Part shown: positions 21,301 to 30,923 of the stretch, piece after piece | How positions within the stretch are numbered: the first letter of the stretch is position 1 | How the letters are laid out: the number at the start of each line of letters is the position of its first letter | From: Candidatus Gastranaerophilales bacterium | GTDB lineage: Bacteria > Cyanobacteriota > Vampirovibrionia > Gastranaerophilales > Gastranaerophilaceae | Reading direction: 5' to 3' | NCBI GenBank assembly: GCA_944326525.1 | Contig: CALVEG010000003.1 | Coordinates: 73,846-137,845 of the forward strand | Length of the DNA: 64,000 nucleotides | Made by a program: the position numbers and the translations under genes | Notes under the pieces: model-generated | The model's database searches: none | What the model was told of the DNA's origin: nothing | The model's input: only the letters and a program-made list of their open reading frames with translations

Positions 21301-21869
21301 CTTCTTAAAATGAACATATTACATCTTACTGTTGCATTTTTCTTGTTAGTAAGCTTGTAGTTCATTTTTGTCATTTCGGTAATAATGTTGACTGCAGCTG
21401 TTATTGCACCATCAACACTGCTGTTAAACGTGTAAGCTTTATCAAATCTTAGAATATAAGTGTTATTCAATACTTGTCTGCGAATTCCGGCGGCTTTTGC
21501 AATATCAAAAATGATTTTATCCAATTTGATTTTGAATTTATTCAACAGTTGAACTGAGCCAAGTAGTGTTCTAAGTTCATTTACATTTGGAAAATCTATT
21601 GTCATTAATGCAAAATTATCGGTATTTGCTTCGTTAAGAATAACGCTTTGTTCAAGCGAAAATCCGCATTTTTTGCACTTCTTATCTACGGTTTGATTAA
21701 CTTTTCCGCACTTGTTGCATTTTGTTATAATCACGTAACCGCATTTTTTACAGGTATTTGTTTTATTAATGGTCTTGCAAATAGGGCATACAACTTTTAA
21801 TACCTTTTTACAATTAGGGCATACCGTTGTTTTTTCATCTATTTCTAAACCGCATTTTGGACATTCCAT
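18354..21869 (-). CDS. multi-zinc-ribbon / degenerate cyclase-like / P-loop-less STAND-like / TPR protein
   Basis: 1171 aa. Four to five CxxC pairs lie in the first 75 aa. A Walker-B-like LIFIENFDKIDASS is present, but no GK[ST] was seen anywhere. The C-terminal half is helical-repeat. Its stop overlaps the glgA start (TAATG). Confidence 0.75.
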   Translation of the reverse strand: MECPKCGLEIDEKTTVCPNCKKVLKVVCPICKTINKTNTCKKCGYVIITKCNKCGKVNQTVDKKCKKCGFSLEQSVILNEANTDNFALMTIDFPNVNELRTLLGSVQLLNKFKIKLDKIIFDIAKAAGIRRQVLNNTYILRFDKAYTFNSSVDGAITAAVNIITEMTKMNYKLTNKKNATVRCNMFILRRSIDDNPYDIKSGFNISMVKQSEDAKQKALNTSQVIVDNYVKEALDAKYSASPLNSVMIKDQMVMFHEVDINSHIKINYEDLEDKPDEELEVPNFVQNMLVEQDKLDGEALSKLESPTDPDAIYDIETIHFSDIQCQFIRTENIDVFYHMVNRMSEYPYGICAIKTAPLYVPYSLKIISTIEELNIYKNIISITCYDEMKYSPYSFFRELVSAIFEFTVSQKLFSSNDFSMFKSIDPEGLIKDLVTLQERGIDETNRRHLSFYDIFFTLMNAIPETLIFIENFDKIDASSYEVMKFLFAEFDRLKISYLISYDKDFSLHKDNYFLLSRPYYTEITLKPTSFERMIEENKDYYRKIMDSFYFHRIAKYSFGSILFLDIAIQYLIESGVYEASDDCIELINPKTIIIPSSLKKLMKRRLNLLEDDPEAIKFLATCVLMGTRIDQETIKSLRYDNIDDIINNLSEMGYIYFWNNCMYFPNYNLLRESILSVLNKELLQAIAKDLFEKVFVDNMPSPTKAYLYGLLEDYKSEFFEWENLAKISLSLGDYNAYTNCAEKIVELLDKNTDEEKQEEINKYKLDLSENIANNLLSYDPEKTSSIAENTLKQLETAGENEKVIELCNKMIQGYLKDGKYNHALELTHKILSRLPNSSIDPSAPDFNKYFFFMSLIHIEILFNIGAFDDCIDIGYKVLSFVNSSTIETLRPEYISKEEFEAIIIDAVGFVALSSALQMKGIVKEFINIVKSDIPNIPPSYDIFGAVEEFLKGNRSIYSPVMVSEKDRFSGILFHIMEAFNKYKNDYNGFAEEIYAAKRIARFNRIHQLELFCDLMIGKAYYDMESYDKASLIIYKIIKATGDNGMTDMTYVAWLLMSEMSIKQGRYTVAYGIINNSLIQLEKADGSNEYLLMLFKYQMFKVMMYKGKGEQAQICLVQCIYLSKKHNIQIEFDTDASHYIPLTDPDEESEYQQEQVTVGAVRRNTEDDESEE

Positions 21870-21910
21870 AAGAAAATTATACCATAATCATTAATTTCAG
21901 GACAATGTTT

Positions 21911-23080
21911 TTAATTATACCTGATACCTGCATCTTTCATTCTTTGAATACATTTTTTAAGTGTATCAACATCTTTTGTAAGAGCAACTCTGAAGTAACC
22001 TTCACCGCATCTTCCGTATCCGTTTCCTGGCGGAACGACGATATTTGCTTTTTCAAGCATTTCTGTTACAAACTGTTCGCTTGTCATGCCTTTCGGTACA
22101 GGCAGCCATAAATAAAATGTTGCTTTAGACGGCTTGATGTTCCAGCCGAGTTCTCTAAAACCGTTTTCTGCAACGTCACGGCGTTCTTGATACATTTTAT
22201 TCAGATTGTCAATTAAGGTTTGATCCACAGTAAAAGCTTTTGCTGCTGCATCTTGAATTGCCTTAAATGTTCCGCTGTCTATGTTGTTTTTGATTGTGCC
22301 AAGAGCTTTAATTGCTTGAGCGTTTCCGCATACAAAACCTACTCTCCATCCTGTCATATTGTATGATTTTGAATGAGAATAAAATTCTATTGCAACATCT
22401 TTTCCGCCTTCAACTTGAAGAACTGATGGCGCTTTATATCCGTCAAATGTCATTTCTGAATATGCCATATCCGAACAAAGCAAAATATCATATTTTTTAC
22501 AGAAATCTACGGCTTTTTTATAAAATTCAAGATCAGCAACCGCTCCTGTCGGGTTGTTCGGGTAATTCAAAAACATTAATTTTGATTTTTTAGCAATGTC
22601 TTCAGGAATTTTGTCAAAGTCCGGAAGATATCCGTTTTCTTCTAATAGCGGCATTTCATAAGGTGTTCCGCCAGCAAAGATTGTAGCGTTATGATAAACT
22701 GGATACCCCGGATCAGGAACTAGTGTGTAATCACCTTTATCCACAAATGCAAAAAATACATGCGCAATCGCTTCTTTTGAACCGATATTTGCGAGCATTT
22801 CAGTATCTGGATTTAAGTCAACGCCAAACCTTTTGTTCATCCATTCGCAAGCTGCTTTGCGGAATTTTTCTGTGCCGTTATATGGAGGATAGTCATGATT
22901 TTTAGGATTGTCAATTGCCTTGTGCATTTCTTCAACTACAGGTGCAAGTGTTGGTGTGTCAGGATCTCCGATACCAAGACTTATTACATCGCATCCTTTT
23001 GCTTTAGCTTCAGCTATTTTTCTGTCAATTTCCGCAAATAAATACGGAGGAATTTTTTCTAAGCGTTCTGAAACTTTCAT
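21911..23080 (-). CDS. dapL: LL-diaminopimelate aminotransferase
   Basis: ERLEKIPPYLFAEIDRK...GIGDPD N-terminus and SKSYNMTGWR PLP-lysine motif. Confidence 0.85.
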   Translation of the reverse strand: MKVSERLEKIPPYLFAEIDRKIAEAKAKGCDVISLGIGDPDTPTLAPVVEEMHKAIDNPKNHDYPPYNGTEKFRKAACEWMNKRFGVDLNPDTEMLANIGSKEAIAHVFFAFVDKGDYTLVPDPGYPVYHNATIFAGGTPYEMPLLEENGYLPDFDKIPEDIAKKSKLMFLNYPNNPTGAVADLEFYKKAVDFCKKYDILLCSDMAYSEMTFDGYKAPSVLQVEGGKDVAIEFYSHSKSYNMTGWRVGFVCGNAQAIKALGTIKNNIDSGTFKAIQDAAAKAFTVDQTLIDNLNKMYQERRDVAENGFRELGWNIKPSKATFYLWLPVPKGMTSEQFVTEMLEKANIVVPPGNGYGRCGEGYFRVALTKDVDTLKKCIQRMKDAGIRYN

Positions 23081-23184
23081 AACTTCTCCTTCCTAATATT
23101 TTACAACCAGATTGATTTTATGGTATCATAAAATTGTTGAAATGAACAATAATTTAAGTTTTTTTATAAACTGCGGGTAGGGAA

Positions 23185-24264
23185 ATGAGTATAATATCGG
23201 ATAATAATGATTTTAAATCTGAAAAAAGTCTTCATAAAGGGAATAAAAATCCTGTTATAAAGCCTGAAACAATTGAGGCCGATAAAAATTTTGAAAATTC
23301 CATTCGCCCGAAGTCTTTTGACGCATATATAGGGCAAACTGCTCTGAAAGAAACTCTAAAAATAACAATTGAAGCAGCAAAAAAAAGAGAGCAGCCGCTT
23401 GATCACCTTTTATTTTACGGTCCTCCCGGGTTAGGAAAGACAACTCTTGCAGGTGTAATTGCAGAACAAATGGGAGTTAATATAAAAATAACTTCAGCCC
23501 CTGCTTTAGAAAGACCAAGGGATATAATCGGAATTTTGATGTCGCTTAAAGGCGGAGAAATTTTGTTTATTGATGAAATTCACAGGTTAAATAAGGTTGC
23601 AGAAGAAATTCTCTATCCTGCAATGGAGGATTTTTATCTTGATATGACGACTGGAAAAAGTCAAACCGTAAAGACTTTAAGAATTCCGCTTCCGAAGTTT
23701 ACCCTAATCGGTGCAACGACAAAAGCCGGCGAACTTTCAGGCCCTTTAAGAGATCGGTTTGGAATTATTCACAGACTTGAGTTTTATACAGAAGACGAGC
23801 TCGCTCAGGTAATCAAGCGCACTGCAGGGATTTTGAATATAGAAATCACGGAAGAAGGTGCACATGCAATTGCAAGGCGTTCGAGAGGAACTCCAAGAAT
23901 TGCGAACAGACTTATAAAAAGGGTTAGTGATTTTGCGCTTGTTAAACACGATGGGAAGATTACTGAAGATGTTGCTAATGAATCTTTAGATATTTTAAAA
24001 ATAGATACCTTTGGACTTGATACAACAGATAGATGCCTGTTAAGATTAATAATCGAAAAATACGACGGTGGCCCTGTCGGGGTTGAAACTATTGCAGCTG
24101 CAATAGGAGAGGATGTTAGAACTATTGAAGATGTTTGTGAGCCTTATCTTCTTCAAGCAGGACTTTTGCAAAGAACTCCAAGAGGCAGAAAGGTTTCGCC
24201 TGCTGCGTACAGGCACCTTGGAATTATTGATATGGATATTAACGATCAGAAAAGTTTGTTTTAA
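23185..24264 (+). CDS. ruvB: Holliday junction branch-migration helicase RuvB
   Basis: [11 protein letters not shown] Walker [19 protein letters not shown]. Confidence 0.95.
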   Translation: MSIISDNNDFKSEKSLHKGNKNPVIKPETIEADKNFENSIRPKSFDAYIGQTALKETLKITIEAAKKREQPLDHLLFYGPPGLGKTTLAGVIAEQMGVNIKITSAPALERPRDIIGILMSLKGGEILFIDEIHRLNKVAEEILYPAMEDFYLDMTTGKSQTVKTLRIPLPKFTLIGATTKAGELSGPLRDRFGIIHRLEFYTEDELAQVIKRTAGILNIEITEEGAHAIARRSRGTPRIANRLIKRVSDFALVKHDGKITEDVANESLDILKIDTFGLDTTDRCLLRLIIEKYDGGPVGVETIAAAIGEDVRTIEDVCEPYLLQAGLLQRTPRGRKVSPAAYRHLGIIDMDINDQKSLF

Positions 24265-24285
24265 ATTAAATAAAAGGGATATTTT

Positions 24286-25386
24286 ATGAAAAAAATCTTA
24301 GTTTTAATTTTTGCATTTGTATGTTTTATAGTTCCTGTTTTTGCTGAAGAAAATGCTGTTTTACCATCGGCAAACGGGGTTGTATTGTCTGTAGAAAATA
24401 TATATTCTGATAATAATTCGGAACAGCAAGGAACTCAGCAAATCGCAAAGGTTAAAATTCTTTCCGGCGAATACAAAGGACAGGAAAGAGAGATTTTAAA
24501 TATTTTAACTGAAAATCCTGCTTATGATATTCCGCTTAAAAAAGGTGACAAAGTTGTTTTACACTTAGAAGAAGATCCGACTGGCGGAATGAACTTTTTT
24601 GTCGCTGATTTGAAAAGAGATTCTTCAATAATTGCTTTTGCGTTGTTATTTAGTGCAATTCTTGTTGGAATAGGCAGGAAAAAGGGTATTTTTAGCCTAG
24701 TCTCAATTGTTGCGACTGTCGGGTTGCTGTTGTTTGTTATGGTGCCGATGATTTTGAGTGGATTTTGTCCGATTTTATCAGCAATTATTGTTGGAGCTTT
24801 GAGTACATTAATTACAATTTATCTTGTCGGCGGTTTTAATTCTAAAAGTACTTCTGCAATTTTAGGAACTATGTCAAGTCTGATTTTTGCTGGCGGACTT
24901 TCTCTTTTAGCTATTTATACTGCGCACTTAACTGGGTTTGCAGGAGAAGAAACAGTGTTTTTATACGGGGCAAGACCGGATTTGAGTTTTACAGGAATTT
25001 TGTCTGCTTCAATGATTATTGCTGCTCTTGGAGCTTTGATGGATACTTCTGTTTCTATTGCTAGCACAATTAATGAAATACATGAAACTGATGATACCTT
25101 AGGTGTTGTTCAGCTTTTTAAGTCAGGTATGAATGTCGGAAGAGATATAATCGGAACTATGTCTAATACGCTTATTCTTGTTTATATGGGAAGTGCACTT
25201 CCTCTTGTGCTTTTGGGAAGCAATATTGATCTTCAAAAATTCTTTAACCTTAATCAGGTTTCAACAGAGATTTTGTCTGCTTTAATCGGTAGTATTGCAA
25301 TTCTTGCTTGTGTACCGATTACGGCAATTATTGCGGCTTATCTTATAAAAAACAAAAAATCAAATAATGTTGAGTTTAAGTTTTAG
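24286..25386 (+). CDS. YibE/F-family membrane protein
   Basis: Signal sequence, extracytoplasmic N-domain, then 6-7 TM segments with the GRDIIGTMSNTLILVY motif. Confidence 0.7.
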   Translation: MKKILVLIFAFVCFIVPVFAEENAVLPSANGVVLSVENIYSDNNSEQQGTQQIAKVKILSGEYKGQEREILNILTENPAYDIPLKKGDKVVLHLEEDPTGGMNFFVADLKRDSSIIAFALLFSAILVGIGRKKGIFSLVSIVATVGLLLFVMVPMILSGFCPILSAIIVGALSTLITIYLVGGFNSKSTSAILGTMSSLIFAGGLSLLAIYTAHLTGFAGEETVFLYGARPDLSFTGILSASMIIAALGALMDTSVSIASTINEIHETDDTLGVVQLFKSGMNVGRDIIGTMSNTLILVYMGSALPLVLLGSNIDLQKFFNLNQVSTEILSALIGSIAILACVPITAIIAAYLIKNKKSNNVEFKF

Positions 25387-25406
25387 GTTTGTAATATAAT
25401 TTAGTT

Positions 25407-26306
25407 ATGCAAATAATTAAAGATTTGAAGAAAATAACTGATTTGTCGCTAGCTTTGGGATTTTTTGACGGGGTTCACAAAGGACATCAGGCTGTTATTA
25501 AAAACGCCGTCAATTTTGCAAAAGACAACGGTTTAATGTCTGCAGTTGTGACTTTTTCGAACCATCCGCATTGTTATTTTTATGATGTTGCTCCAAAATA
25601 TATTTTAACTTCTGATGAGCGTGCTAAACATATTGCTGAACTCGGAGTTGATTATTTAATAGAACTTGATTTTGAAAGTATTTCCGGGTTGACAGCAGAG
25701 GACTATCTTAAAGATGTTCTTGTTAAATACTTTATGCCTAGAGCTATTACAACAGGATGGAATCATTATTTCGGTTACAAAAAATCCGGTAATGTGAAAT
25801 TTTTGGCTGATAATTCCAAAAAATTCAACTATGAATATTTTGAAATTTCGCCGCAGAAGGAAGCTTCTGTGAATATCAGCAGTACAGCAATAAGAAATTA
25901 TCTTGCAAAAGGTGAAATTGCAAAGGCCAATTCTATGCTGGGATATAAATTCTCAATTAGCGGTGAAGTTGTAAAGGGTAAACAACTAGGCCGCACAATC
26001 GGATTTCCGACAGCTAATCTTATTTATCCTCCAGAGTTAATAGAGCTGCCGTTCGGAGCATATGCTGTTAATGTTAAATTTTCAGATCGTCTGTTCAAAG
26101 GCGTTACCAATTTTGGAATCAGACCAACCGTTTCTGATACAAAGCTTACAACTCTCGAAACTTTCATCATAGATTTTGACCAAGATATATATGAAAAAAC
26201 AATCGAAGTCGAGTTTATTAAAATGATAAGACCTGAAAAAAAATTCCCATCTCTTGACGCTTTAAAGACACAAATTTCTTTGGATATTCAGACTTCCCTA
26301 AAATAA
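25407..26306 (+). CDS. ribF: bifunctional riboflavin kinase / FAD synthetase
   Basis: GFFDGVHKGH N-terminal FMN adenylyltransferase; GxxLGRTIGFPTAN riboflavin-kinase motif. Confidence 0.9.
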   Translation: MQIIKDLKKITDLSLALGFFDGVHKGHQAVIKNAVNFAKDNGLMSAVVTFSNHPHCYFYDVAPKYILTSDERAKHIAELGVDYLIELDFESISGLTAEDYLKDVLVKYFMPRAITTGWNHYFGYKKSGNVKFLADNSKKFNYEYFEISPQKEASVNISSTAIRNYLAKGEIAKANSMLGYKFSISGEVVKGKQLGRTIGFPTANLIYPPELIELPFGAYAVNVKFSDRLFKGVTNFGIRPTVSDTKLTTLETFIIDFDQDIYEKTIEVEFIKMIRPEKKFPSLDALKTQISLDIQTSLK

Positions 26307-26312
26307 ATTGCG

Positions 26313-26858
26313 TTATTTTATTAAAGCTTGAATTTCTTTAAAGTGAGGATTTTTTGCGGTTTTTAACCATTCAAACAAAACGATTTCTGTGCAGGTAACT
26401 TTTGCACCGTTTGTTGCCATCAATTCTATTCCTTGTTTGAATTCATATTTGTTACGGCTTGCGCAGGCATCTTTCACAACATAAACTTCAAATCCTTCTC
26501 TTAAAAGTGCTGCTGTTGTTTGATGAACGCAAATATGGGTTTCAATTCCGCAAATTACTATTTGATTTTTTCCGTATGATTTTATTTTGTCTAAAACCCC
26601 TTCTGTATCAAGGGCATTGAACGAAACTTTTTCAAAGACTGCAACATCTTCAGATAATTCATTTGAAACATTTTCAACGGTTTTTCCCAATCCTTTTGGG
26701 TATTGTTCTGTTACAATTACCGGAATATTTAAAAGTTTTGCTGATTTAGCGATATTGCTGACTCGTTTAACTATTACGTCTTTATCAAGCGCATTTACAA
26801 GTTTTTCTTGTACATCAATTATCAAAAATAGTGAATTATCAGGGTTTAAAACGTTCAT
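26313..26858 (-). CDS. isochorismatase-family hydrolase
   Basis: LFLIIDVQEKL ... ICGIETHICV catalytic-Cys motif. Confidence 0.8.
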   Translation of the reverse strand: MNVLNPDNSLFLIIDVQEKLVNALDKDVIVKRVSNIAKSAKLLNIPVIVTEQYPKGLGKTVENVSNELSEDVAVFEKVSFNALDTEGVLDKIKSYGKNQIVICGIETHICVHQTTAALLREGFEVYVVKDACASRNKYEFKQGIELMATNGAKVTCTEIVLFEWLKTAKNPHFKEIQALIK

Positions 26859-26867
26859 ATTTTCTCC

Positions 26868-28106
26868 TTAGGGTTCTATACAACTTTTATATTCGTCTAT
26901 GAATGTGCAAATAATATCAGAAAGCAATTTTTCCGTTAAATCCTTAAGCGGAACGATTAACTCTCTATTTTCAGGACTATCCAAGCCGCTATGGGTTATG
27001 TAGATGACAACCTTGCCAAGTCCGGCATATACAAGTGTTAGACGGCTTGTTTGATGAATGCTTTTTAAATGAAATATACTTTGCAGCTCATCCGCAGATT
27101 GTTCAATTTTGGTGTCAGGAAGTTCGTCCTCAAACACTCGTTGCATTCTGAAAAACACAGGTGTTATAACATTTGCAAGTTTCTTGTTGAATTTTTGTTG
27201 GAATAATTTAAAATCTTTTTTTACAGGTTCAACTTCAATAACCGGAAGCTCAGTATTTTGTTCACCAGTTTCTTTGTCAATAAAAATACAATAATCTTCA
27301 GTTCCAAGCATAGCATCACTTAATGCTGCTGAAGCTTTTTGTTCAATATATCGAAAATCTCTTGATGTAATTTGCGCAATTCCTGCCTTTATTCTAAACC
27401 TGTCTTCTAACTTGTTTTTAATTTTTTCAAAAACTTTAATACATCCGTTTTCATTGGTGTCAGGTAAAAGAATATAAAATTTTGAAGCTTTAACTTCAAT
27501 AACCAAATCGCTGACTCTAACAGTTGATTTTACAGCATCTTGCATTAAATCCAGAGAAAATCTTGCTCTATCCAACTCATCATAGGTGATAATCATAAGT
27601 ACACCTTCGGTCAGCTTTTCAAGTTCCTGCGCCATAAGTTCATTAGCGCATCTTTCAGTATAAAATCCGCTGGATGCTGAAATTACATCAAGTTCTTTTA
27701 GTAAAGTTGTATTTCTTGAAGATATTTTTCGCGCAGAACTAAATTTTAGAGCATTTACTATTTTTATTAAAATATCTGCTTGTGTTGATTGAGGTAATAT
27801 GTAGTCGTCAATTCCTAAATCATACATATTTGCGATAAATTCAGATTTCGTAATTTCTGAATACATTATTAAATAAGCATCTTGAAAAGAGTTTTTGCAA
27901 AAATCAATTTCATCTTTTGCCGAATTTTCTTTCCCTGATAAATCAAGAATAACTACATCCGGAGTGAGCCTGTTGTCGGAATCTTTGATTTTATCGATAT
28001 CAGCAATCTCAATATCATCAGCATTTCTCAGCAATAAAAGCTTTTTTGAGAGAAAGTCCTTTAACTTTTTGTTTTCGCTAATTAATAGTATGCTTTTGTT
28101 TTTCAT
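26868..28106 (-). CDS. receiver-like domain protein with degenerate GGDEF-like domain
   Basis: N-terminal CheY-like segment (DVVILDLSG) lacking the acidic pair; central GGDEF-fold-like region has VKASKF in place of GGDEF. Confidence 0.5.
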   Translation of the reverse strand: MKNKSILLISENKKLKDFLSKKLLLLRNADDIEIADIDKIKDSDNRLTPDVVILDLSGKENSAKDEIDFCKNSFQDAYLIMYSEITKSEFIANMYDLGIDDYILPQSTQADILIKIVNALKFSSARKISSRNTTLLKELDVISASSGFYTERCANELMAQELEKLTEGVLMIITYDELDRARFSLDLMQDAVKSTVRVSDLVIEVKASKFYILLPDTNENGCIKVFEKIKNKLEDRFRIKAGIAQITSRDFRYIEQKASAALSDAMLGTEDYCIFIDKETGEQNTELPVIEVEPVKKDFKLFQQKFNKKLANVITPVFFRMQRVFEDELPDTKIEQSADELQSIFHLKSIHQTSRLTLVYAGLGKVVIYITHSGLDSPENRELIVPLKDLTEKLLSDIICTFIDEYKSCIEP

Positions 28107-28111
28107 AAATT

Positions 28112-29020
28112 CTACACTTGCAGGTGTTTTTTAATACAAAGGAAGCTGCCGCCTGCTCCAAATAAAGTGCCCATTGCAAACATTATGATAATTACAATAT
28201 TTTGTGCATACAAAGGTGACGGCACCATAAAAAATTGGTGCATGTTTATTAGTCCGTTTTGCACAAAATTCAGCGGTATAAGAGCAATTAATGCGCCTGA
28301 AAATCCGTAAAATGCACCCTGCATAATTAAAGGGAACCTTATATACCAGTTGCTGACGCCCATAAGCCGCATAATTTCTATTTCATCTTTTCTTGATTGT
28401 ATTACAAGCTGAATGGTGTTGTTTATAATTGTTATAGTCAAAATCGCCATAATAATTACGACAAATACAGTTATGGTATTAACAACATGGTTCAAGGTTT
28501 GAATACGTTTTGCAAGTTCCTGTGCGTAACTCATATCCTCAACAGAGGAAAGCTCTTTTATTTTATTAAACACAGGTTGAATGTTTTCAGGTTTATCTAC
28601 TTTTACATGAAGCGTGTCAGGTAGCGGGTTTGTAACATCCGGAAGATTCATTTCCCTTTTTAAATTTGTCCAAGATACGTCTTTGGGAATAATTTTTACA
28701 CCTTCAACATACTCAAATTCTTTGATTCTGTTTTTTACGGTGTTAGGATCAGAACCGGATTTTAAGTAAACGGAAATTTCAAGTACATTGCCAAGCTCAT
28801 GTGCAAATGATGAAATCGACAATGCAGATCTGAAAAAAGCCCCAAATATCGTAAGAATCGCAGCCATTGTTGTTATTATAACGAGATTTACGATACCTGT
28901 TCTTTTTATGTCGTTGAAAGTTTCCATTGAAAGACGGTATAAAATCCTTAATTCGCATAACCAGTCCTTGGGAATGTGTTTTTTTACTTTCTTTTTTATT
29001 TTAAGTTTTTGATCATTCAT
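28112..29020 (-). CDS. ftsX: cell-division ABC permease-like protein FtsX
   Basis: FtsX topology (TM1, periplasmic domain, 3 C-terminal TMs); start trimmed to the ATG overlapping the ftsE stop. Confidence 0.85.
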   Translation of the reverse strand: MNDQKLKIKKKVKKHIPKDWLCELRILYRLSMETFNDIKRTGIVNLVIITTMAAILTIFGAFFRSALSISSFAHELGNVLEISVYLKSGSDPNTVKNRIKEFEYVEGVKIIPKDVSWTNLKREMNLPDVTNPLPDTLHVKVDKPENIQPVFNKIKELSSVEDMSYAQELAKRIQTLNHVVNTITVFVVIIMAILTITIINNTIQLVIQSRKDEIEIMRLMGVSNWYIRFPLIMQGAFYGFSGALIALIPLNFVQNGLINMHQFFMVPSPLYAQNIVIIIMFAMGTLFGAGGSFLCIKKHLQV

Positions 29021-29690
29021 ACGTACCTGCTTGTATATCTCTGACGATTTCACCTTTATCAAGAGTAATTACTCGTTTTCTGAAATAATCCACCATTGCA
29101 TTATCATGTGTTGATACGATTACGGTAATACCCCTTTGGTTAATTTGATCCAAAATTTGCATAATTTCTAACGAGTTTTTAGGGTCAAGATTTCCTGTAG
29201 GCTCGTCTGCAATTAAAAGTGGAGGACCGTTTACAATTGCTCTTGCAATTCCGACTCTCTGCTGTTCTCCGCCTGAAAGTTCAGAAGGGGTGGCATGCAT
29301 TTTTTCGTATAATCCGACAATCTTTAGCGCTCCGGTTACTCTGGCATTGATTTCTCTTGAACTTATTCCGAGAGTTCTGATTACGTAAGCTACATTATCA
29401 TAAACACTCTGGTTTTGAAGTAGTTTGTAATCCTGAAATACAATTCCCATGCATCTTCTTAAATTAGGAACTTTATCGTTAGAAAGATTTGCAATATTAA
29501 TCCCGCCGATTGTAACAGTTCCGCTGGTCGGGCGCTCTTCATTATAAAGCAGCTTCATTAACGTTGATTTTCCTGCTCCAGAAGCCCCTACTATAAATAC
29601 AAACTCACCCGATAAAATATCAAGATTAATATTTTTCAAGGCATAATTGTCATTTTTATACTTTTTGGTGACTGCTCTAAATTGAATCAT
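29013..29690 (-). CDS. ftsE: cell-division ATP-binding protein FtsE
   Basis: GASGAGKST Walker A, LSGGEQQRV signature, LLIADEPTGNLD. Confidence 0.92.
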   Translation of the reverse strand: MIQFRAVTKKYKNDNYALKNINLDILSGEFVFIVGASGAGKSTLMKLLYNEERPTSGTVTIGGINIANLSNDKVPNLRRCMGIVFQDYKLLQNQSVYDNVAYVIRTLGISSREINARVTGALKIVGLYEKMHATPSELSGGEQQRVGIARAIVNGPPLLIADEPTGNLDPKNSLEIMQILDQINQRGITVIVSTHDNAMVDYFRKRVITLDKGEIVRDIQAGTYE

Positions 29691-29697
29691 TTATTAA

Positions 29698-30660
29698 CTA
29701 ATCCTTTTTATATTTGTCAATTTCTTCTTTTATTGAAACGGCAAGTTTAGAAGCAGATAGCCCATAGTAGTCTAGTAAGAATTCTGCTTTTCCGCTTTGT
29801 CCGAATTTATCATACATTCCTATTCTTTTAACTTTTGACGGATAATTTTCAGATAGAACTTCGCAAACCGCGCTTCCCAATCCTCCGATTACTGAGTGAT
29901 TTTCAACGGTAATTACAATGCCGGTTTTCTTTGCTGATTCTATTATCATTTCACTGTCAAAAGGTTTAACAAAAGGAGCGTGAACTATTCTTATAGAATA
30001 ACCTTCTTTTTTTAGATTTTGACATGCTTCGATCACTTCAACAAGTGTTTCCCCGTTAGTTACAACGGTAGCATCAGCTCCGTCTTCTATAATAACTGCT
30101 TTATAAGGTTCAAACTTGTAATTTTCATCAAAAACATCACAGACATTTGTTCTTGATATTCTGATATACATAGGGCCATAATTGGAAGCCGCCCAGTTAA
30201 TTACCTGTTCACATTCTCTGCAATCTGCAGGAACTATTACTGTCATGTTCGGAAGCCCTCTCATAAGAGATACATCTTCTAAAGCTTGATGGCTTGCTCC
30301 GTCTTCTCCAACGGTAACACCGCCGTGTGTGCCGATAATTTTTACGTTAAATTCAGGATAGCAAATGGAATTTCTTATTTGATCGTATGTTCTGCCTGTT
30401 GCAAACATTGCAAAACTTGCCGCAAACGGTATTTTGCAAGCTGCAGATAAACCCGCTGCTGTTGCTATCATATCCTGTTCTGCGATTCCGCAATCAAAAA
30501 ATCTGTCAGGAAATGATTTCGCAAAAACTTGAGTTTGTGTTGAGCATGCCAAATCTGCATCCAAAACAACAATATTTTGATTTAAATGTCCTAGTTTTTC
30601 TAACGTTTTGCCAAAAGCAGAACGTATAGATTTTGTTTCTTCCCTGTTTAATATCATCAA
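29698..30660 (-). CDS. transketolase-family protein, C-terminal (pyrimidine-binding) subunit
   Basis: 320 aa; GIAEQDM and pyrimidine-binding/C-terminal domains of a split transketolase; no N-terminal subunit gene adjacent. Confidence 0.85.
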   Translation of the reverse strand: MMILNREETKSIRSAFGKTLEKLGHLNQNIVVLDADLACSTQTQVFAKSFPDRFFDCGIAEQDMIATAAGLSAACKIPFAASFAMFATGRTYDQIRNSICYPEFNVKIIGTHGGVTVGEDGASHQALEDVSLMRGLPNMTVIVPADCRECEQVINWAASNYGPMYIRISRTNVCDVFDENYKFEPYKAVIIEDGADATVVTNGETLVEVIEACQNLKKEGYSIRIVHAPFVKPFDSEMIIESAKKTGIVITVENHSVIGGLGSAVCEVLSENYPSKVKRIGMYDKFGQSGKAEFLLDYYGLSASKLAVSIKEEIDKYKKD

Positions 30661-30923
30661 GTCCGGCCTCGTACTCCCTGTATTTTAATAAATCACACAC
30701 AACATAATAACATAAATAACATTGGAATGACAAATATTAGAAAATTATATTAAGTGTTTTGTAAATTTTTTATCATCTAAAAGTCTTGTTATACAATGTT
30801 TTTCATATAATTATGTTAAGAATTATTAAAAATATGATTATATGTAGCAATTTATTTTTTTCAGGGATATTAAAACAGTAGAATAGGAATAAAATTATTT
30901 ATTTATTGAAAGGAAAAGATAAT

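Noticed and set aside
30661-30923. 263-bp AT-rich intergenic region with AACATAAT-like short repeats, examined for an sRNA or riboswitch
   Set aside because: No convincing stem-loops or conserved motif were recognised. It is most simply a divergent promoter region.
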